Assembly: GCA_016933055.1 (NCBI GenBank)
Contig: JAFGBS010000018.1
Span: 1-5,261 of the forward strand
DNA length: 5,261 bases
Direction: 5' to 3'
Origin: Promethearchaeota archaeon
Lineage (GTDB): Archaea > Asgardarchaeota > Lokiarchaeia > Sigyniarchaeales > Promethearchaeaceae
The position numbers were made by a program, and so were the translations under genes. Within the stretch, counting starts at the first letter, position 1; the number at the start of each line of letters is the position of its first letter. Positions 1 through 5,261 of this stretch are shown here, in pieces. A model generated the notes under the pieces. The model saw only the letters and a list, made by a program, of their open reading frames with translations, was not told the DNA's origin and did not search any database.

Positions 1-1074
1 TCTATGGCTTTTGTGGGCAACACCCGCAATGAACTTGAATTTATGCTCAAACATACCAATCTTTTTGAAGAGATTCCAGAGCAGTTCTATGATTCAGCTT
101 TCATGGATCGCTTGCATACCTATTTACCTGGGTGGGAGGTGGAGATCATTCGCGGGGAGATGTTCTCTCATGGGTATGGCTTTGTGGTTGACTACCTTGC
201 CGAGATCATGCGCAAACTTCGCGATTATGATTATTCCAACCGGTATACCGACAATTTTTCGCTTCCAACAGAGATATCAACTCGGGATAGGGATGGGATC
301 AACAAAACTTTTTCCGGTTTGATGAAGATCCTCTATCCGGATGGGGTAGCTGAAAAAGAAGAGATTGAACCGATCCTTGTTTATGCCATTGAGGGACGAA
401 AGCGTATAAAAGATCAGCTTGTTCGCATAGACCCAACTTTTAATTTCGTCCGATTTGGATACTTAGATACCACTGAAAATTTTATTCCTGTTAAAACTGT
501 CGAAGAAGTGCGCTTCCCAAGGCATTATTATCAGCGACCGGATCCAGAGAATGAGATGGCATTGATTCCCGATGAAGAATTCAGTACGGAAGAACCAACA
601 AGCGAACTCGATATCATTCGAATGGGGGAGTCTCAATTCGTCGAGTTTAAAGCAGCTTTACGCTGGAACATTCATACCAACGCACCCGATAACAGGATCG
701 AACATTCCTTGCTAAAGACCGTGGTTGCATTCATGAATTCTGATGGGGGCACATTATACGTTGGTGTAGCTGATGATGGCGAGATTGTAGGGATTGAAGA
801 GGACCGCTTCCCAAATGATGATAAGTTTCTCCTTCATTTCGGGAATCTATTTAACGACAAGATCGGAAGACAGTTTACCAAATATATTGATTATGAGATA
901 GTCAAGATAAACGGAAAAAGTGTAATGAAAGCAAATTGCCATCGAAGTCCCCAACCGGTGTTCTTAAAGGACAAACAGCGCCAGGACGAGTTCTACGTCC
1001 GCCATGGTCCATCCTCGGTTGAACTTTCCATGAGTGAGTTCAATTCATACGCAAAAGACCGCTTTGGAGGTTGA
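1..1074 (+). CDS. brxL: BrxL-family (BREX Lon-like/MCM-type AAA+) protein, 5'-truncated by the window, fused to a C-terminal Schlafen/AlbA_2 domain
   Basis: The frame is open from position 1 (tct-atg-gct), so the ATG at 4 is probably internal. Nt ~1-530 encode BrxL-typical segments (FVGN, DSAFMDRLHTYLPGWE, GYGFVVDYLAEIMRKLR, RD...KTFSGLMKILYP, EGRKRIKDQL). An acidic linker follows (~535-600), then AlbA_2/Schlafen motifs: ESQFVEFK (628-651), KTVVAFMNSDGGTLYVGVADDGEIVGI and FYVRHGPSS. No Lon protease domain is present before the TGA at 1072-1074. Confidence 0.85.
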   Translation, partial: SMAFVGNTRNELEFMLKHTNLFEEIPEQFYDSAFMDRLHTYLPGWEVEIIRGEMFSHGYGFVVDYLAEIMRKLRDYDYSNRYTDNFSLPTEISTRDRDGINKTFSGLMKILYPDGVAEKEEIEPILVYAIEGRKRIKDQLVRIDPTFNFVRFGYLDTTENFIPVKTVEEVRFPRHYYQRPDPENEMALIPDEEFSTEEPTSELDIIRMGESQFVEFKAALRWNIHTNAPDNRIEHSLLKTVVAFMNSDGGTLYVGVADDGEIVGIEEDRFPNDDKFLLHFGNLFNDKIGRQFTKYIDYEIVKINGKSVMKANCHRSPQPVFLKDKQRQDEFYVRHGPSSVELSMSEFNSYAKDRFGG

Positions 1075-1165
1075 ATAACATTCAATAAAAAGCGACTATT
1101 TTCGATAGGCTTCACAAAAAAACTAAACTTTGGAAGATATTACTTGATCTAATATTTTACCGTAC

Positions 1166-1173
1166 AGGGAGGT
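1166..1173 (+). promoter_or_regulatory. Shine-Dalgarno site for the CTG start at 1180
   Basis: AGGGAGGT; the GGAGGT core (1168-1173) is 6 nt upstream of an in-frame CTG at 1180. Confidence 0.75.
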
Positions 1174-1179
1174 TCAACA

Positions 1180-1944
1180 CTGAGTACAGATAATAAAACA
1201 AAAATAGTTCTGTTTTCTGGCGGCATAGCATCATTTGAGGTTGGAAGACTAGTGTTAGAAAAATATGGCAAAGAAAATGTTAAGTTTTGGTTTTTTGATA
1301 CATTGATTGAAGATGAAAGTCTATATCGATTTTTAGATCAATGTGAAGATTTTCTTGGAATTACTATTGAAAGATTCAGCGATGGTAGAAATTTTTGGGA
1401 AGTTTTCAGAGATGAAAGATTTATTGGAAATTCACGAGTACCCTTATGTAATAGAGTATTAAAACGTGAATTATTAGAAAAAAAATTAAAACATGAATTT
1501 CCATTTAATAATGTAATACTTTTTCTTGGTTACGAATATACTGAGACAGATAGAATGGAAAAGGCGAAATTCAAATGGAACGAAAAAGGTTATGATGTTT
1601 CCTTTCCATTGGCTAGTGCACCACATCAGGAAAAAGTAGATCTTATTAATAAATTACAAAAATATGGTTTAGAAATACCAAGATTATATGATTTGGGATT
1701 CAAACATAACAACTGTGGTGGCGCTTGTGTCCGTGCTGGAATTAATCAATGGCAATTGTTGTTAGAACTTTTTCCAGAAAGGTATTTATGGCACGAGAGG
1801 CAAGAACAAAAAATAAGGAATTACCTTAACAAAGATGTTGCTATACTTCGGGACCGAACTGGCGGTGTAACAAAACCATTAACTTTGCGCAAATTACGCC
1901 TTAGAACTAATGGAAAAAATTTTCTTGAAAGGGGCAAAAAATGA
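1180..1944 (+). CDS. PP-loop (adenine nucleotide alpha-hydrolase / PAPS-reductase-like) enzyme, about 254 aa, probable Fe-S-binding cysteines
   Basis: Extending the 1252 ORF upstream in frame gives (M)STDNKTKIVLFSGGIASFEVGRLVLEKYG, which contains the PP-loop SGGxxS at 1216-1233. Further motifs: FFDTLIEDESLYRFL, DGRNFWEVF, PLCNRVLKRE (Cys at 1447), LFLGYEYTE..R, PRLYDLGFKHNNCGGAC (Cys at 1714 and 1726) and AILRDR. I recall this pattern from a phage/mobile-element branch of PAPS-reductase-like proteins. Confidence 0.8.
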   Translation: MSTDNKTKIVLFSGGIASFEVGRLVLEKYGKENVKFWFFDTLIEDESLYRFLDQCEDFLGITIERFSDGRNFWEVFRDERFIGNSRVPLCNRVLKRELLEKKLKHEFPFNNVILFLGYEYTETDRMEKAKFKWNEKGYDVSFPLASAPHQEKVDLINKLQKYGLEIPRLYDLGFKHNNCGGACVRAGINQWQLLLELFPERYLWHERQEQKIRNYLNKDVAILRDRTGGVTKPLTLRKLRLRTNGKNFLERGKK

Positions 1945-2576
1945 GCGAAGATAATTCTTCAAATGATAAGTGGTTGGATGTTTTATATGGTAGGGTAAAT
2001 GATCAATTTGTACTGTCGAGAACTAGCCAACAGAACACCCATCATTGGGTTATTTCCTTAGCTTTGGCTTTGATTACTGCCGTATTAACTTTAGGTGGTA
2101 ATGAAGAGCCTTATCCAAGTGAATTTAATTTTGTTGCTATTCTTGTATCATTGCCCTTAATGTTTCGATTTTTTGTAAGATCTTGTCTAGAAACATCCAT
2201 CCAAAATCGATGGATGGTTATTCGCAATGCCCTTGATGAATATAATTACATAAAATCAAATAATTTGAACCAAATTTCTGAATATAAAAAATATCTGGAT
2301 GAAGTAATTTCTCTTTATTATTTCAGTTGGAAATCTCCAACGAAAATTGAAAAAATCATCTGGGATAATATTCGTTTAGCTTACTTTTGGCCATTTGTTG
2401 TAATAGTTATTCTTTTAACCTGGGGTTATATTGCGCTTCCAAATACAAAAATGATCTGCATTACTTCAATAATAGTTTCTAGCTTTATGGTTTATGAAAT
2501 TGTTTCATTTTTCAATTATAAAGGATTCAAGTATGAAAAACCAGAAACAAAAAAGCCGCACATAGATTTTGTTTGA
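1941..2576 (+). CDS. Integral membrane protein with about 4 predicted TM helices, possibly remotely DUF2270-like
   Basis: Hydrophobic stretches at about aa 36-52 (WVISLALALITAVLTLG), 63-80 (FNFVAILVSLPLMFRFFV), 147-166 (AYFWPFVVIVILLTWGYIAL) and 172-192 (MICITSIIVSSFMVYEIVSFF). The start overlaps the upstream stop (ATGA at 1941-1944). Confidence 0.75.
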   Translation: MSEDNSSNDKWLDVLYGRVNDQFVLSRTSQQNTHHWVISLALALITAVLTLGGNEEPYPSEFNFVAILVSLPLMFRFFVRSCLETSIQNRWMVIRNALDEYNYIKSNNLNQISEYKKYLDEVISLYYFSWKSPTKIEKIIWDNIRLAYFWPFVVIVILLTWGYIALPNTKMICITSIIVSSFMVYEIVSFFNYKGFKYEKPETKKPHIDFV

Positions 2577-2975
2577 ATGAATACATTATCGATTGTATAG
2601 AACTTTAACACGAGTTAAAAATAAAAAGAATGAGAATAAATGTTATGAACAAATTACAATACAGGGTAAAAGTATATAAAGCTAAGCTAAAAAGATCAAA
2701 TATTGTTAAATTTTTTTTAAAGCAAGTACCGCTTTCCCCAAAATTTTTGTTGGTAAAAGGCCAAATTCATTTGATTTAGAAGAAGAATTGTGATTTAAAA
2801 GGATTGAACATTTGATTTGCGAAAACGAAAAGGTATATCCATTAAAACAATCATTTATACAAAAAGAATTTATTCCTGATCTCATTGCCCAAAAGGATTT
2901 CTATTGGAATTCAACTTTTATCAGCTTGGTTTCGATAAGCTGTCAAATCAAAAACAAGAATAATGGAGAAGAAAA

Positions 2976-3902
2976 ATGGAATATTGGTGGGTAAATCACA
3001 AACAGACATTTGATCAAGAACTAAATTTTGGTTATCTTTGGTCTCCAAAAACAAACAAAAATGGTTCAAGAAACCAGTTTTATGTTAATATGACAATTAT
3101 CCGTGAGGGGGATATAGTATTTTCCTATTCAGACGGAGTAATCAAGGCGATAGGGTTTATTACTGCAAGAGGAACCGAATCAACAAGACCAGATGAGTTT
3201 GGCGATATTGGAGAACAATGGAATAGAGAAGGGTGGATTGTAAGAGTAGATTGGCAATTACTTGAAAACCCATTTTCTCCTAAAGAATATATTGAAAGGA
3301 TTAGAAACCTTTTGCCTTCTAAATACTCCCCAATAAGAACTAATGGTGATGGAAATCAAGGATGTTATCTAGCTAGCATCAGCGATAATTTGGCTGAAGA
3401 ACTCTTATCTATTTCCGTGAACAAAGAATCAGTTCAAAATTTTGTGGAGGAGAAAAAAATCGAGAAAAAAGAAAATGATGAAATAGACAGGATTCGAACA
3501 TCAAACCTTCCAACAACTGAGAAGAAACAATTGATCACAGCTCGACGAGGACAAGGTGTCTTTCGAGAAAATTTGAAAAATGTAGAAAGCGAATGTAGAT
3601 TAACTCATGTTAATAATGAAAAACTCTTAATCGCAAGTCATATAAAACCATGGAGAGACTCAACCGATACCGAAAAGCTTGATGGAAACAATGGCCTATT
3701 GCTTTCTCCTCATATTGATAAATTATTTGATAGTGGTTACATCACTTTTACAAACGATGGCCATATACATAGAGCTTCGGAACAAGTTGATTTAGTTATG
3801 GAAAAATGGGGATTAGATCCCAAAATGAATATTGGTAAATTCACCTCAGATCAAGAAAGATATCTTGAGTACCACAGAAAGCACATTTTTACCGGCAATT
3901 AA
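2976..3902 (+). CDS. EVE/PUA-like reader + HNH endonuclease; putative modification-dependent (type IV) restriction enzyme, VcaM4I-like architecture
   Basis: N-terminal YWWVNHKQTF...GYLWSPKTNKNG...GDIVFSYSDGVIKAIG segment typical of EVE/PUA-HNH proteins. C-terminal HNH_2-type motifs ARRGQGVFR, CRLT, LIASHIKPW and NGLLLSPHIDKLFDSGYITF. GGAG at 2965-2968 lies 7 nt before the ATG. Confidence 0.85.
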   Translation: MEYWWVNHKQTFDQELNFGYLWSPKTNKNGSRNQFYVNMTIIREGDIVFSYSDGVIKAIGFITARGTESTRPDEFGDIGEQWNREGWIVRVDWQLLENPFSPKEYIERIRNLLPSKYSPIRTNGDGNQGCYLASISDNLAEELLSISVNKESVQNFVEEKKIEKKENDEIDRIRTSNLPTTEKKQLITARRGQGVFRENLKNVESECRLTHVNNEKLLIASHIKPWRDSTDTEKLDGNNGLLLSPHIDKLFDSGYITFTNDGHIHRASEQVDLVMEKWGLDPKMNIGKFTSDQERYLEYHRKHIFTGN

Positions 3903-3935
3903 TCTTTCGATGAGCTCATCTTTTATGTATAACAC

Positions 3936-4703
3936 ATGTACAAGGAGGAAATAATCCCAATTGCAATCGAAAATTCTAATAAATCTAACTCCCCATCAAT
4001 GGAAATTTTAGAAGAAGAAATATGTTTTGTAATTATGCCTTTTGCTGGTTGGTTTAATGATTACTATTCCTCAATTTATTGTCCTGCAATTGAAGCCGCA
4101 AGCATGACTCCCTTTCGAGCAGATAATCTGTACAGGCCTAGCACTATTGTTAATGATATTTGGTTATACACTCAAAAAGCGAAAATAATCCTTGCAGATT
4201 TATCCGGTAAAAATCCTAATGTTTTCTATGAACTCGGATTGGCTCACGGGCTTGCAAAACCTGCAATATTGATTACTAATTCTATGGAAGATGTCCCTTT
4301 TGATCTTCGAGCGTTGAGAGTTCTGTTGTATGATAAGAATGAACCTCGATGGGGTGATATTCTTCAGGATCAGATAACTAGAGTTATAAATGAAGTAAAA
4401 GAATCCCCACTTGAAGCTGTTTTACCTACATTCTTATCAGTTGATAGTGAATCAAACCAAAATACCATTTCTCCGAACGATAAAATTCTTTTGGAATTAC
4501 GAAATGATATAGATCTACTACGCTCTGAATTGGGCCGTAAGCGATCTATCAGATACAATTCATCTCAAATCACAGAATCTGAGGCGGAAATATTTATTGA
4601 TGATATGAAAAGTAATAATGTTCCAGAAAATATTATCGCAGAAAGATTATTCAATTTAGGCGTTCCATCCAATTGGATTATTAATAGATTAGGATCATCT
4701 TGA
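3936..4703 (+). CDS. Nucleoside 2-deoxyribosyltransferase (NDT)/N-glycosidase-like protein with a C-terminal coiled-coil and small helical tail
   Basis: Motifs CFVIMPF (4023), FRAD, IILADLSGKNPNVFYELGLAHG (Glu codon at 4230, in the position of the NDT-fold nucleophile), KPAILI and VPFDLRALR. A heptad-like segment DKILLELRNDIDLLRSEL follows. The exact start is uncertain (3936, ~3954 or 3999). Confidence 0.75.
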   Translation: MYKEEIIPIAIENSNKSNSPSMEILEEEICFVIMPFAGWFNDYYSSIYCPAIEAASMTPFRADNLYRPSTIVNDIWLYTQKAKIILADLSGKNPNVFYELGLAHGLAKPAILITNSMEDVPFDLRALRVLLYDKNEPRWGDILQDQITRVINEVKESPLEAVLPTFLSVDSESNQNTISPNDKILLELRNDIDLLRSELGRKRSIRYNSSQITESEAEIFIDDMKSNNVPENIIAERLFNLGVPSNWIINRLGSS

Positions 4704-4856
4704 TATTCATTGATAAAACTCAAAATATTGTGTGAAGGATTTTTATTATTAGCATATACTAAACGGAATTGCTTTTGTGAAACTATTGTGTAAATGAATC
4801 TTTTTGATCCTTACTTATTACAAACATTAGGAACATCAATACTAGAAGATTTATAA

Positions 4857-4889
4857 AGTTTGAAGCCCACCTTTGATAAGATGGGCTTC
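4857..4889. repeat. Palindromic 33-nt repeat, copy 1 (hairpin)
   Basis: agtttgaagcccacctttgataagatgggcttc; stem ttgaagccca (4860-4869) pairs with tgggcttcaa (4882-4891). 27/33 identical to copy 2. Confidence 0.85.
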
Positions 4890-4963
4890 AATAGGGCATT
4901 GTGTCAAAGCAAGCCAAAAATATTTTATCACAAATTTCCTTTTCTGATAAATTGAATTTTAAT

Positions 4964-4996
4964 AGTTTGAAGCCCGCCTTCGACAGGGCGGGCTTC
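4964..4996. repeat. Palindromic 33-nt repeat, copy 2 (hairpin)
   Basis: agtttgaagcccgccttcgacagggcgggcttc; stem gaagcccgcc (4969-4978) pairs with ggcgggcttc (4987-4996). Direct repeat of 4857-4889 at a 107-nt period. Confidence 0.85.
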
Positions 4997-5100
4997 CCAA
5001 AGCACCATTAACGAAACATATCCATTCTCTCCCGAATATTATATCATCAATTTAAGCATTCATTATTCTATTAATTACCATTCGAAATTTAATTTCCCCC

Positions 5101-5129
5101 TTGCAATTTATATTATATTTATATATAAT
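5101..5129 (+). promoter_or_regulatory. Sigma70-type promoter for the 5180 ORF
   Basis: TTGCAA (5101-5106), a 17-nt spacer, then TATAAT (5124-5129). The surrounding DNA is very AT-rich, which raises the chance-match rate. Confidence 0.6.
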
Positions 5130-5179
5130 ATCTTATAAATTAACAATTAAACACCGCCGCTCACACCACGGACAGCACC

Positions 5180-5261
5180 ATGCCCAAACGCACCAGAGGC
5201 GCGCAGCCAGGCAACACCAACGCCCTCAAACACGGCTTCTACTCACAGCAGTTCTCCCAGA
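5180..5261 (+). CDS. 5' end of a hypothetical protein with a terminase-small-subunit-like N-terminal motif (3'-truncated by the window; absent from the ORF track)
   Basis: ATG at 5180 reads MPKRTRGAQPGNTNALKHGFYSQQFSQ, open to the window end. GAxPGNxNAxKHGxY is a motif I recognise from N-termini of phage terminase small subunits and related small proteins. GC content rises sharply here (38/60 in 5161-5220). Confidence 0.65.
   Translation, partial: MPKRTRGAQPGNTNALKHGFYSQQFSQ

Noticed and set aside
11-322. 103-aa + strand ORF
   Set aside because: Alternative-frame shadow inside the strongly supported brxL coding region; no recognisable motifs.
628-651. Schlafen motif residues number E209/E214/K216 in the ORF track, the same as human SLFN11
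   Set aside because: Numbering coincidence caused by window truncation of the protein; it has no meaning.
1071-1112. Short inverted repeats after brxL (ttgaat/attcaa; aagc-ctat/atag-gctt) as a terminator or integron attC site
   Set aside because: Stems are short or bulged, a U-tract is present only on the minus strand, and there is no RYYYAAC...GTTRRRY pairing.
1130-1158. Possible promoter TTGGAA-17-TATTTT upstream of the PP-loop gene
   Set aside because: Spacing is right, but the match is weak and easily arises by chance in AT-rich DNA.
1180-1944. Assignment as type 4 BREX BrxP, SspD, DndC or housekeeping CysH
   Set aside because: The protein is short, has the distinct HNNCGGAC motif, differs in composition from brxL, and is coupled to a membrane protein rather than to sulfur-pathway genes. 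Shared PP-loop fold only.
2630-2779. Lys-rich ORF of about 49 codons in the AT-rich spacer
   Set aside because: Its composition is explained by AT richness; no SD and no motif.
2812-2994. 60-aa TTG-start ORF
   Set aside because: No SD or recognisable motif, overlaps the HNH start, and lies in AT-rich DNA; probably spurious, although a gene remnant cannot be excluded.
4370-4558. 62-aa minus-strand ORF
   Set aside because: Antisense to the NDT-like gene with no independent support.
4857-4996. CRISPR array interpretation of the twin repeats
   Set aside because: Only two copies, 6 mismatches, a 74-nt spacer that is too long, and no cas genes in view.

Overview
This window looks like the distal part of a bacterial defence island, with all supported genes on the + strand. 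In order: (1) the 3' part of a BREX BrxL-type AAA+ ATPase whose C-terminus is a Schlafen/AlbA_2 domain rather than a Lon protease domain; (2) a PP-loop (PAPS-reductase-like) enzyme with conserved cysteines, whose real start is probably a CTG at 1180, upstream of the ORF-track start, coupled by an ATGA overlap to a 4-TM membrane protein; (3) an EVE/PUA-HNH endonuclease of the modification-dependent restriction type; (4) a nucleoside-deoxyribosyltransferase (NDT)-like protein. After these come two diverged 33-nt hairpin repeats, a near-consensus sigma70 promoter, and the start of a GC-rich ORF carrying a GAQPGNxNALKHGFY motif. The best candidates for new biology are the BrxL-Schlafen fusion and the PP-loop enzyme + 4-TM pair. 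All family calls come from motif recognition by eye; no database searches were run.
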